Of a stretch of 35,764 bases of DNA, positions 7,291 to 16,653 are shown in pieces. The position numbers and the translations under genes were made by a program. Below the pieces are notes generated by a model, which saw only the letters and a list, made by a program, of their open reading frames with translations, made no database searches and had not been told where the DNA came from. Position 1 is the stretch's first letter. Each line of letters begins with the position of its first letter. The stretch is from Candidatus Eiseniibacteriota bacterium (GTDB lineage Bacteria; Eisenbacteria; RBG-16-71-46): assembly GCA_031364845.1 (NCBI GenBank), contig JANLWX010000143.1, positions 1-35,764 of the forward strand. Reading direction: 5' to 3'.

Positions 7291-10125
7291 ATGACCTTCC
7301 GAAGCACGCTGATCGGGATCCTGCTGCTGCCGTCGCTCGCGTTCGCCCAGGCTCCGAGCCTGCGCGGAAAGTTTCAGGACCCGACCTCGCGTGCCGCGGT
7401 CGCCGGCGTTCAGGTCAAACTCACGAGCACGGCCGACACGAGCATCGTGCACCGTGCGACGGGACGTGAAGACGGCACGTTCGAGATCCTGGGACTCGCG
7501 CTACAGAGCTACCGGCTCGAAGCGACGCGTCTCGGTTACGCGCCGCTGCGCATTCCGATCACGATCACGACGCCGCGGCAGGACGCGGGCGTGCTCGCGC
7601 TCACGCCCGAGTCGATCGCGATCGGCGGCGTGTCGGTGACCGAATCCCCCGCTCCCGCCATTCAGAAAGCCGACACCACCGAGTTCCGCGCGAGTGCGGT
7701 CAAGACGCACAAGGACGCGTCGGCCGAAGATCTGGTGCAGAAGCTGCCGGGCGTGACGCTCGAAAACGGGCAGGTGAAAGCGCAGGGCGAGAACGTGCAG
7801 CAGGTGCTCGTGAACGGCCGGCCGTTCTTCGGCTCCGATCCCACCGCCGCGATGCGTAACCTGCCCGCCGACGTCGTCGATCGTATTCAGGTCTACGACC
7901 GCGCGAGCGACCAGTCCGAGTTCAGCGGGTTCGACGACGGCCAGTCGCAGAAAACGATGAACTTCATCCTGCGCGATCAGAAGGCGCAGTTCGGCAAGGC
8001 GTACGCGGGCTACGGCGATCAGGACCGCTATCAGGCCGGTGGCAACGCGACCGTTGTGCGCGGCACCACGCGCGCGACCGTGATCGGGATGTCGAACAAC
8101 ATCAACCAGCGCAACTTCTCGTATCAGGATCTGTTCGGCGCGATGGGCAGCGGCGGAAGCGGCAGCGGCGGCGGTCAGCGCATGATGATGATGGGCGGTG
8201 GCGGCGGACGCCCGCCGGGCGGCGGACACGGCGGCCAGTTCCGCATGGGTGGCGGCTTCGGCGGCGGCGGCTTCGATCCCAGCAGCTTCCTCGTCAATCA
8301 GCAGTCGGGCGTGAGCACCACGCACTCAGGCGGCGCCAACTACGCCGGCCAGTGGGGCAAACGACTCCAGGTCACCACCAGTCTGTTCGCGAACGATTCC
8401 GACAACGACAATCTGCAGACGCTCACACGCCAGTATCTGCCACCCCAGGACTCGATCACCTACTACGATCAGGGCACCACATCCGACACGAAGAACGGCA
8501 ACCAGCGCTTCGATGCGCGCTTCGAGTGGACGCCCGATTCGCTCAACTCGGTCATATTCCAGCCGCGGCTCTACTTTCAGAAGACCGAGACTTCGAGCGC
8601 CGGTGACGCGGCCAACACCACCGCCCTGGGTACCGCACTGAGTGCGGCGCGCAGCAATGCGTTCGACGCCAACGACGGCAACAACCTGTCGAGCCGCCTC
8701 ACGCTGCGCCACCGCTTCGCGACCCGCGGGCGCAACGTCTCGGCCGACATCAATCTCGGGCACACGCTGCGTGACGGCACCGGTGCTCAGCGTTCGCTGA
8801 CCGAGTACTACGACGGCTCGAACACCGCCAGCGACACGCTCGATCAGCAGTCGACGTCGCAGACCACGACCAACTCGTACTCAACACGCATCGCGTTCAC
8901 CGAGCCGATCAGCAAGCGGCTTCAGGCGCAGCTCATCTACAATCCGTCGCTCACGCGAAGCGAATCCGATGCGCGCGCGCTGCAGTTCGATCCCGCGACC
9001 GGCGCGTATACGCGCCCCGACAGCGCGCTGTCGAACTCCTACCGCAGCCGCAATCTGGTGCAGAACGGCGGACTCGCGATGCTCTACACCAACGGCCCGT
9101 GGAAGCTGCTGAGCAACGCCTCCTACCAGCGCGCCGAGCTACGCTCCGAGCAGACCTTCCCCGGCGCGCAGGCGATCGAGCGCACGTTCGACGACGTGCT
9201 GCCTTCGATGACGCTGACCGCGACGTTCGCGAATCGCCGCAACGTGCGGCTCGCCTGGAGCACCGCGACCACCGCACCCACCATCGGCCAGCTTCAGAAC
9301 GTCGTGAACAACTCCAACCCGCTGTCGCTGTCGAGCGGCAATCCGGGCCTGCGTCCCAACTACAGCAACACACTCTCGCTGCGGGTGTCGGAGGCCGATC
9401 CTGCGAAGTCGAAGAGCAAGTTCCTGTTCCTGAACGTCACGCGCACCGCGAATCCGATCGGCAACGCGACGTACACCGCGGCGACCGACAAGACCCTCGA
9501 GGGTGTATTCCTCTCGCGCGGCACGCAGCTGACCAAGCCCGTGAATCTCGATGAGTCGTGGAACGCGAACCTGTTCGGCGTCTACAGCCGCCCGCTGCCG
9601 TTCTTGAAGAGCATCCTGAGCGTCAATGGTGGCGGATCACTCGCCCGCACCCCGTCACGCATCAACGATGCGACCAACATTGGAAGCTCCTACTCGATTC
9701 GCTCCGGCGTCGTCCTGTCGAGCAACATCAGCCCCAGTCTCGATTTCACCGTGTCGTACTGGGGAACCTACAACATCGCGCGATCCACGCTGACTACCAA
9801 CAACTCGGGCGACTACTTCACGCACAATGCCGGCCTGCGGCTCAACGCCGTGGTCGGACCCGGCGTCGTGCTGCGCCAGGAGTTGAACCACAACCTGCAG
9901 ACCGGCGTGCCCTCGGCCTACGGGCAAGACATCGTGCTGTGGAACACAACCATCGGAAAGAAGCTGCTGAAGGGCGACAAGGGCGAGATCCGCGTCACGG
10001 CGACCGACGCGCTCGCCCAGAACCGCAGCGTGACCCGCAACATCACCGAGGCCTACGTCCAGGATTCACGCGACCGCACGCTCGGGCGTTACGTGCAGGC
10101 GGTGTTCACGTACACGTTCAAGTAG
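7291..10125 (+). CDS. Outer-membrane beta-barrel / TonB-dependent receptor-like protein with carboxypeptidase-regulatory-like N-domain
   Basis: Signal peptide (SLAFA-Q), 'GTFEI..L...YRL..TRLGY', plug-like 'EDLVQKLPGV' and 'VLVNGRPFFG', 'GNPGLRP', C-terminal 'FTYTFK'. Confidence 0.88.
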   Translation: MTFRSTLIGILLLPSLAFAQAPSLRGKFQDPTSRAAVAGVQVKLTSTADTSIVHRATGREDGTFEILGLALQSYRLEATRLGYAPLRIPITITTPRQDAGVLALTPESIAIGGVSVTESPAPAIQKADTTEFRASAVKTHKDASAEDLVQKLPGVTLENGQVKAQGENVQQVLVNGRPFFGSDPTAAMRNLPADVVDRIQVYDRASDQSEFSGFDDGQSQKTMNFILRDQKAQFGKAYAGYGDQDRYQAGGNATVVRGTTRATVIGMSNNINQRNFSYQDLFGAMGSGGSGSGGGQRMMMMGGGGGRPPGGGHGGQFRMGGGFGGGGFDPSSFLVNQQSGVSTTHSGGANYAGQWGKRLQVTTSLFANDSDNDNLQTLTRQYLPPQDSITYYDQGTTSDTKNGNQRFDARFEWTPDSLNSVIFQPRLYFQKTETSSAGDAANTTALGTALSAARSNAFDANDGNNLSSRLTLRHRFATRGRNVSADINLGHTLRDGTGAQRSLTEYYDGSNTASDTLDQQSTSQTTTNSYSTRIAFTEPISKRLQAQLIYNPSLTRSESDARALQFDPATGAYTRPDSALSNSYRSRNLVQNGGLAMLYTNGPWKLLSNASYQRAELRSEQTFPGAQAIERTFDDVLPSMTLTATFANRRNVRLAWSTATTAPTIGQLQNVVNNSNPLSLSSGNPGLRPNYSNTLSLRVSEADPAKSKSKFLFLNVTRTANPIGNATYTAATDKTLEGVFLSRGTQLTKPVNLDESWNANLFGVYSRPLPFLKSILSVNGGGSLARTPSRINDATNIGSSYSIRSGVVLSSNISPSLDFTVSYWGTYNIARSTLTTNNSGDYFTHNAGLRLNAVVGPGVVLRQELNHNLQTGVPSAYGQDIVLWNTTIGKKLLKGDKGEIRVTATDALAQNRSVTRNITEAYVQDSRDRTLGRYVQAVFTYTFK

Positions 10126-10170
10126 AAATTCCCGCTTTCCGCGCACGGTCATCTCGCCTAGCATGAGCTC

Positions 10171-11535
10171 ATGAGCCAAATCGAAACGAACACCTCGCCC
10201 TATCTCGCCACGGCCTACGCCAACGACCGTGCGCACGTGTTTCACTCATGGTCCGCGCAGAGCCTGATCGATCCGATCGTCGTTGCCGGCGCCAGCGGTT
10301 CCCGCTTCTGGGACGACAAGGGCCACACGTGGCTCGACTTCTCGAGCCAGTTGGTCAACGTGAACATCGGACATCAGCATCCCAAGCTGGTTGCCGCGAT
10401 CCAGGAACAGGCCGGCCGCCTGTGCACGATCGCGCCCAGCTTCGCCAACGAGTCACGGAGCGAAGCGGCGCGGTTGATCACCGAGCTGGCGCCTGGCGAT
10501 CTCGACATGGTGTTCTTCACCAACGGCGGCACCGAGGCGATCGAGAACGCCGTGCGCCTGGCGCGTGGGCACACCGGACGCCACAAGATCATGTCCGCCT
10601 ATCGCAGCTATCATGGTGCCACCGGCGTTTCGATCATGCTGACCGGCGATCCGCGCCGCTGGAACAACGAGCCCGGCGCTTCCGGTGTGGTGAAGTTCTG
10701 GGGACCCTACCCCTATCGCTCGCCGTTCTATTCGTCGACGCCCGCGGAAGAATCCGAGCGCGCGCTCGAGCATCTCGCGAACGTCCTGATGGTCGAGGGC
10801 CCGCACACAGTGGCCGCGCTCGTGCTCGAGACGGTCGTGGGCACCAACGGAATTCTGGTTCCGCCCGACGGTTATCTGCAGGGCGTGCGTGACCTGTGCA
10901 CGAAGCACGGCATCATGATGATCTGCGACGAAGTCATGGCCGGCTTCGGCCGCTGCGGCGAATGGTTCGCGGTCGACCGGTGGAAGGTGACGCCGGATCT
11001 GATCACGTTCGCCAAGGGATCCAACTCCGGCTACATCCCGGTCGGCGGCGTGATCATCAGCAAGCGCGTCGCCGAAACGTTCCGCGAACGCGTGTTCCAC
11101 GGCGGCCTCACCTACTCAGGTCATCCGCTCGCGTGCGCGTCGATCGTCGCGAGCATCGGGATCTTCAAGGAAGAGAAGATCATCGAGCACGCGCGCCATC
11201 TGGGCACCGACGTCATCGGCCCCGAGTTGCGAAAGATCGCCGAGAAGCATCCCAGCGTCGGCGAAGTGCGCGGCCTCGGAGTGTTCTGGGCGATCGAACT
11301 CGTGCGCAGCCGCAAGACGCGCGAGCCGATCGTTCCGTTCAACGCCTCCGGAGCCGATGCCAAGCCGATGGCCGAAGTGATGGGCGCGTGCAAAGCCGGC
11401 GGCGTGTGGCCGTTCGCGCACTTCAACCGGCTGCAGGTGACACCCCCGTGCACGATCAGCGATCAGGACGCGCGCGAGGGGTTGGCGATCATCGACAAGG
11501 CGCTCGACGCGGCGGACAGGTACTGCATAGAGTGA
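10171..11535 (+). CDS. Class III PLP aminotransferase (omega-amino acid / taurine-pyruvate-like)
   Basis: 'WLDFSSQLVNVNIGH', 'FFTNGGTEA', 'SYHG', 'DEVMAGFGR', 'DLITFAKG', 'GGLTYSGHP'. Confidence 0.92.
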   Translation: MSQIETNTSPYLATAYANDRAHVFHSWSAQSLIDPIVVAGASGSRFWDDKGHTWLDFSSQLVNVNIGHQHPKLVAAIQEQAGRLCTIAPSFANESRSEAARLITELAPGDLDMVFFTNGGTEAIENAVRLARGHTGRHKIMSAYRSYHGATGVSIMLTGDPRRWNNEPGASGVVKFWGPYPYRSPFYSSTPAEESERALEHLANVLMVEGPHTVAALVLETVVGTNGILVPPDGYLQGVRDLCTKHGIMMICDEVMAGFGRCGEWFAVDRWKVTPDLITFAKGSNSGYIPVGGVIISKRVAETFRERVFHGGLTYSGHPLACASIVASIGIFKEEKIIEHARHLGTDVIGPELRKIAEKHPSVGEVRGLGVFWAIELVRSRKTREPIVPFNASGADAKPMAEVMGACKAGGVWPFAHFNRLQVTPPCTISDQDAREGLAIIDKALDAADRYCIE

Positions 11536-11562
11536 TCGCGAGCACCCGCGAGTGCTTGTCGA

Positions 11563-14500
11563 CTACTCGCCCGTAGCATCGAACGCAGCCCAGAAGAATG
11601 GATGTGTCGAACGCCTGTCTGCGCGCCGTTGCGCCAGCACAGCGCGACTGGCGGCGGCGAGCGTTTCACCGGGCGATCCTTTGCCCAGGGAGCGAGCCAC
11701 GTACAGCGCGGTCATCCATTGGCGCGTGGCCTGATCGTCGATTGACCACTGACTCGCGATCACGGTGCGCGCCCCCGCCAGGTGGAAAGCGCGCCTCATC
11801 CCGAGCGAACCCTCGCGTGACCATGTTTCGGCGGCCGCCGAATGACAGGCCGACAGGACCACCCAATCGGTGCCGGAGAGGTCGAGCGTGAGCACTTCCT
11901 CCGCAGTGAGAAGGCCCTCGTTTTCGTCCCCGGCGTGATCGGCTGCGCGATTGGCGCCCGCAAGTGCGAGCCACACGCGCCGCCCGAGCCACGGCGAATG
12001 TGCCGACGACGCGACGTCGGGTGCCGCGGCGGCGGACGGCGGTCGCGGGATCACGGTCCCGGAGAGTGGCGCGACCGTCCCGATCCCGCGAGCGCCGGGT
12101 AAGGTCATGGCGCAGGTGTCCCGCGCCACCAACCCGTGAGTGGCAATGTGAAGGACCTCGCGCCCCGACGCGCCGGACTTGAACGCCTGCTCGCTCGCGC
12201 CCTTTCCGGTGAGCACTTCCACCTTTCCCTTCCATGAATGCGCTATGGCTTGAACCTCACCCGCGGTGCCGGGCAGCGCTTCGAACGCCGCAACACCATT
12301 CGCGCAAGGATCGCTGGCCGACCGGTAAGCCGCCACCAGCGGCGAGGCATCACGCATGGACCCGAAGTCAGGATCACCCAGCGCCAACAGACCGCCCGGT
12401 GCCCGCGCTCCTCGCGGCTGCACGAGGTCGCGCTCGGAGGTGAGCACACGCAGAATCGTGCCGCGTTCGACGAGATAGCCGTGGCCGTCCGGCAGCGCCT
12501 GCCAGGCGAGGCCGATCAGAGGACCATCGAGCACCATGAACACTTCGCGCGCATCAGGGAAGCAGGCGGCGATCCGGTCCCATGTCGCGGCGCGAACGAT
12601 CTGGCCGAGGCGCCGACACTCGCGTTCGTCGCGGCGCGCCGCGGTGGAACCCGGACGAGGTGGCATGGCGAGTCGTTCACGCCACGGATCGACTACGGCG
12701 CGCAGTGCGCGCGACGAGCCCAGATCGACCCTCTGCAGCCTCGCATCGCCACCCCCTCCGACCCATGCAACGACGCGCGCGGTGTCATGACCCGAGGACG
12801 TCTCGATGATGCCGACCAGTGCTTGCCCGGGTTCCAGTCGGCGAAGGCACGAATCGAGCCCGACATCGGGCGATTGAGATACTCGCGCACCCAGCACTTG
12901 AAGATATTCGATCTCGGCACGTTCGACCGCGCTTTCGAGCGCTCCGATCGACGCAGTCTGATCACGCTCCTGCGACGTTTCGACCAGGCGTCGCGCGTAT
13001 GCGCGTTGCGCCTCGATCCAGCGACCATGCGCCGTGACCACCGCGGCGGGCGCGCCCGCCGGCGGCCGACGGCTGGCGACCTCCGCGCGCACCAATCCAC
13101 GCACCCGCACGACCGCATCCCAGGCCGTCGCCATGCGAGCCTCCGGGTCCTTGGCCGATAACTCGACCACCAGGTCGGTGGCGCGCGAGTATTGGAGCGA
13201 CAGCTGCAGTGCGCGACGATCCGGGAGCGACCTCGCCTGGGCCCGTAAACGTTCGCGTGCGATTCGATCGGCGGCGAGCGCCTGCTCCCACGCCTCGGTT
13301 TCCCGGCCGAGAGCCCGCAGCGCAAGAGCATTTGTCTTGAGAATGGTCGCTGCGATGTTCGACTCATTCAGTTCCGGCATAGCCGCGAGGCGAAGTAGTT
13401 CGGTTCGCTCGCGCGCGAGCGCCACCGTGTCACCGATGGCGGCGAGTGTGCGCACCAATCCGTTCTGAAGCTCGGAAAGCGTCAGCCATTGCGGCACGCG
13501 GGCAATCTTCCCGGCGGCAATACCGGACTCCCAGGCCGCGCGCGCTCCGATGTGGTCCCCACGGGACGCCAGCAACTCGCCGATCCACAGGCGCGTGGTC
13601 GCAAGTTGGGGATCGGGCGGTCCAGGGCGCGCGGCAAATCCTGCCTCCGCCGCACGAAGTTCGACGATGGCACCCGCCGAGTCGCCCATACCCGCGCGAG
13701 CCGAACCCAGGGACCTTCGCGCACTCAACGTGCGCGGATGGTCAGGGCCGAAGCGCCTGAGATATGCGGGAGCTGCGCGCTCCATGATCTCGCGCGCGCC
13801 TGCGAAATCACCAAACACCATCAAAGCGGAGCTCGAATTGCGCATCAATCGCACGACATTGTCGTCGTCCTCGGGAAAGTGCTTTCGGGCGATGCGCAAC
13901 GCCTCTTGCGAGAGATCGATCGAGCGGTCGAGTTGACCGGCCTCTTTCTCCAATTGCGCCAAATAGTCAAGAGGTACGGTCCGACGAAAATCATCCTCGC
14001 CTCGCAACTGATCGAAGATGACGAGTGATTGATCGAGCGCCACACGTGCCCGATCGAACGCGTGAACCTGTCGCAACGCATGGCCCTTCTCTGCAAGCAA
14101 CAGGGCCACCGCCGCGTGGACCTCGCCATGCGCGCGCCGGCGTACCTCGAGCGCGCGATCGAAGAGATCCACTGCGGCCGCGAAGTCGGCGCGGTCACGG
14201 GCGATCAGGCCGTGCAGGCGCAGGCTTTCCGCGGTGAGGGTGTCGTCAGGGGCGAGCACCGCGGCGCGAATTTCATGGGCGCGACGAGCGTGCACTTCGG
14301 CCGAATCGGGATGGCCGCTCATGCCGAGCACATGGGCAAGGGCATGGTGGGATTCGGCGACCAGTGGGTGCCACGCTCCCAGCCTGGCGGTTCGCGCCAC
14401 GAGAACGCTTCGCGCCATGGGTGCCAGCGTGCTGTCACGGAAGGCGGAACGTTGCGTTCTGGAGCGCACGATCTCTGCCTGCAGCCAGGCGATGTCGAGC

Positions 14501-14712
14501 GAATCCGCAGGGTGGCGCTCTCGCTCGCGGAGAATCGCCGCGGTGGCGAGGCTCTCAGAAGCCACCCAGCGTGACTGGCCCTGAAGCAAACGTATTTCGA
14601 CGACATCCGATGCGACGTCGGCGCGTGTCGGAACCGCTGTGCCCAGCACGAGCAGGGCGATGATTGCGGAGCACAGAAGACTCAGCGAGGTCCCACGGTC
14701 AATGGCTACCAT
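11563..14712 (-). CDS. Exported TPR-repeat + CHAT (caspase HetF-associated) protease domain protein
   Basis: Signal peptide; kinesin-light-chain-like TPRs ('HPLVAES', 'GPDHPRTL'); CHAT dyad 'VLHIATHG' and 'VVLSAC'; terminal 'HPFFWAAF'. Confidence 0.88.
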   Translation of the reverse strand: MVAIDRGTSLSLLCSAIIALLVLGTAVPTRADVASDVVEIRLLQGQSRWVASESLATAAILRERERHPADSLDIAWLQAEIVRSRTQRSAFRDSTLAPMARSVLVARTARLGAWHPLVAESHHALAHVLGMSGHPDSAEVHARRAHEIRAAVLAPDDTLTAESLRLHGLIARDRADFAAAVDLFDRALEVRRRAHGEVHAAVALLLAEKGHALRQVHAFDRARVALDQSLVIFDQLRGEDDFRRTVPLDYLAQLEKEAGQLDRSIDLSQEALRIARKHFPEDDDNVVRLMRNSSSALMVFGDFAGAREIMERAAPAYLRRFGPDHPRTLSARRSLGSARAGMGDSAGAIVELRAAEAGFAARPGPPDPQLATTRLWIGELLASRGDHIGARAAWESGIAAGKIARVPQWLTLSELQNGLVRTLAAIGDTVALARERTELLRLAAMPELNESNIAATILKTNALALRALGRETEAWEQALAADRIARERLRAQARSLPDRRALQLSLQYSRATDLVVELSAKDPEARMATAWDAVVRVRGLVRAEVASRRPPAGAPAAVVTAHGRWIEAQRAYARRLVETSQERDQTASIGALESAVERAEIEYLQVLGARVSQSPDVGLDSCLRRLEPGQALVGIIETSSGHDTARVVAWVGGGGDARLQRVDLGSSRALRAVVDPWRERLAMPPRPGSTAARRDERECRRLGQIVRAATWDRIAACFPDAREVFMVLDGPLIGLAWQALPDGHGYLVERGTILRVLTSERDLVQPRGARAPGGLLALGDPDFGSMRDASPLVAAYRSASDPCANGVAAFEALPGTAGEVQAIAHSWKGKVEVLTGKGASEQAFKSGASGREVLHIATHGLVARDTCAMTLPGARGIGTVAPLSGTVIPRPPSAAAAPDVASSAHSPWLGRRVWLALAGANRAADHAGDENEGLLTAEEVLTLDLSGTDWVVLSACHSAAAETWSREGSLGMRRAFHLAGARTVIASQWSIDDQATRQWMTALYVARSLGKGSPGETLAAASRAVLAQRRADRRSTHPFFWAAFDATGE

Positions 14713-14789
14713 GCTTTGATGCTAACCGTTCGACATGCTGCGGTCATGTGAACTTCGGGCCGCCGCGGTCGTGCGGTACGCTGCACGGC
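14713..14789. promoter_or_regulatory. Back-to-back divergent promoters for CHAT (-) and HipA-like kinase (+)
   Basis: Minus: ATGACC-N17-TAGCAT-6nt-ATG. Plus: TTCGGG-N17-TACGCT-7nt-ATG. Imperfect palindrome GTTCgACATG-N7-CATGTGAAC at 14728-14753. Confidence 0.5.
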
Positions 14790-15569
14790 ATGAGAGCCGT
14801 CACCGCCACCCGCTACGTCACGCCGCTGCGCGAAGGCGGATCGCTGCCCGCCATCGTCGAGGCCGACGACTCCGGGCTGTATGTCGTCAAGTTCCGCGGC
14901 GCCGGTCACGGCAAGAAGGCGCTGATCGCGGAACTCGTGACCGGAGAGCTCGCGCGCGCCGCCGGCTTGCGCGTTCCCGAGATCGTGATCATCGACGTGG
15001 ACAGCGCGCTCGGCCGCAACGAGCCCGATCAGGAAATCCGCGATCTGCTGCGCGCGAGCGTCGGAGCGAACCTGGCGCTCGATTATCTGCCTGGCAGCAT
15101 CACGTTCGATCCCGTCGCCGGGCCCGCTCCACCTGCCGATGAAGCGTCGGCGATCGTGTGGTTCGACGCATTCGCGAGCAACGTCGACCGCACCGCGCGC
15201 AATCCGAATCTGCTGTGCTGGCACCGCAACCTGTGGCTGATCGATCACGGCGCTTCGCTCTATTTTCACCACGCGTGGGATGACGAAGCCGCCGGAGGAC
15301 GCAGCAAGTTCGCGGCGGTGAAGGATCATGTGCTGTTGCGGTGGGCGACGCAGCTCGAGGCGGCGGGGAACCGACTGGCCGCGAAGCTCGGACGCGACAC
15401 GGTCGAACGCGCGCTCACCGAAGTTCCGGACGCGTGGCTGGACGGCGAGCCGCGCTTCCCCTCGCCCGCCGAGCACCGCGCAGCTTACGCTCAGTACTTC
15501 GAGCGGCGGCTCGCCGCGGCACCGCAGTTCCTGGAGGAGGCGATCCGTGCCCACCACGCACTCGTTTGA
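14790..15569 (+). CDS. HipA-family (HipA-like) kinase
   Basis: 'YVTPLREGGSLP', 'VVKFRGAG', catalytic 'NVDRT.RNPNLL', 'LIDHG'. Confidence 0.88.
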   Translation: MRAVTATRYVTPLREGGSLPAIVEADDSGLYVVKFRGAGHGKKALIAELVTGELARAAGLRVPEIVIIDVDSALGRNEPDQEIRDLLRASVGANLALDYLPGSITFDPVAGPAPPADEASAIVWFDAFASNVDRTARNPNLLCWHRNLWLIDHGASLYFHHAWDDEAAGGRSKFAAVKDHVLLRWATQLEAAGNRLAAKLGRDTVERALTEVPDAWLDGEPRFPSPAEHRAAYAQYFERRLAAAPQFLEEAIRAHHALV

Positions 15570-15942
15570 TTACGCGGTCGTGCGCATCGTGCCGCGCGTC
15601 GAGCGCGAGGAGTTCATCAACGCCGGCGTGATTGTGTTCTGCCTCGAGCGCGACTATCTGTCCGCGCGCGTCGCGCTCGATCACGCGCGCCTGCGCGCCC
15701 TGTTTCCGGATGCCGACGTCGCGCTCATCGAAGAGCACCTGCGCTCGGTGCCGCGCATCTGCGACGGCGCCGAAGGCAGCGGCCCGATCGGCGCACTGTC
15801 CAAGCGCGAACGCTGGCATTGGTTGGTCGCCCCGCGCAGCACCGTGCTTCAGATCTCGCCCGTGCACACCGGGCTCACCGAGGATCCGGAACGGACGCTG
15901 GCAGAGTTGATGCGGACGATCGTGAAGATGGACGGGGCATGA
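15547..15942 (+). CDS. DUF3037 domain protein
   Basis: 'FDYAVVRIVPRVEREEFINAGVI', 'RWHWLVAPRSTVLQISPVHTG'. GGAGGAGG SD before GTG 15547; overlaps the kinase 3' end. Confidence 0.88.
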   Translation: MPTTHSFDYAVVRIVPRVEREEFINAGVIVFCLERDYLSARVALDHARLRALFPDADVALIEEHLRSVPRICDGAEGSGPIGALSKRERWHWLVAPRSTVLQISPVHTGLTEDPERTLAELMRTIVKMDGA

Positions 15943-16649
15943 GGAGGCTTTGCGTCCGCGCGCTCTTCGCGGTCTTGCTCGTTGTGACGGTTGCCATCGC
16001 CGGGAGCGGATGCTCGAAGCGTTCAAGCAAGACCACTTCGACCGCGGCGGCCGACACGCTCGGCAACGGCGTGCCTCGTGTGCTGGTGCCCCAACTGAAT
16101 ACCTGGGTTCAATTGTGGCGGCATGCGGTTCCGCAGTTCGGCCTCGACTCGCTCCAAAGCAGAGCTGTAGGCGCGTTCACCTTCGACTACGCGCAGGGCG
16201 AGGCCGGCAATTATGCAGAAGATGTCCGAGCGCGCGCCGGCATCATCGTACTGTCACCCGACTCGACGCGCGCGCTCGACTTCGACACATACCTGGACAT
16301 CGGGCCCGCCCCCGACGGCACGATCGAGCTGATGCGCGAACCCGACTCATCGCCGGCACTCACGGACTTCGCGCGCGACTCCGTGTGGCGCGTCGCGTTC
16401 TGCGGAACTACCTGTTTCTACGATGGCGCGTACTGGCTCGAGCGCGATCGATTTGCCCTGACGGGCGCGACGCAGACCGGCGAGCAAGGCGACGGACCGT
16501 GGTGCGCGTTCCTCGAGATCTACGACCTCGCGACGCGTCGCCTCATGCGCTGGCAAGGACCGGTCGTGGACGAAGCGCAGAGGGCGCGATTCGCCGCCGC
16601 GAGCGATTCTGCGCTGGCGGCGCGGATCGGGACCATTCCTCTGCCGTGA
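15939..16649 (+). CDS. Hypothetical lipoprotein
   Basis: ATGA overlap with DUF3037. Basic N-terminus, hydrophobic stretch and AGSG-C lipobox; beta-rich body with 'FCGTTCFYD'. Confidence 0.7.
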   Translation: MRRLCVRALFAVLLVVTVAIAGSGCSKRSSKTTSTAAADTLGNGVPRVLVPQLNTWVQLWRHAVPQFGLDSLQSRAVGAFTFDYAQGEAGNYAEDVRARAGIIVLSPDSTRALDFDTYLDIGPAPDGTIELMREPDSSPALTDFARDSVWRVAFCGTTCFYDGAYWLERDRFALTGATQTGEQGDGPWCAFLEIYDLATRRLMRWQGPVVDEAQRARFAAASDSALAARIGTIPLP

Positions 16650-16653
16650 AGGG

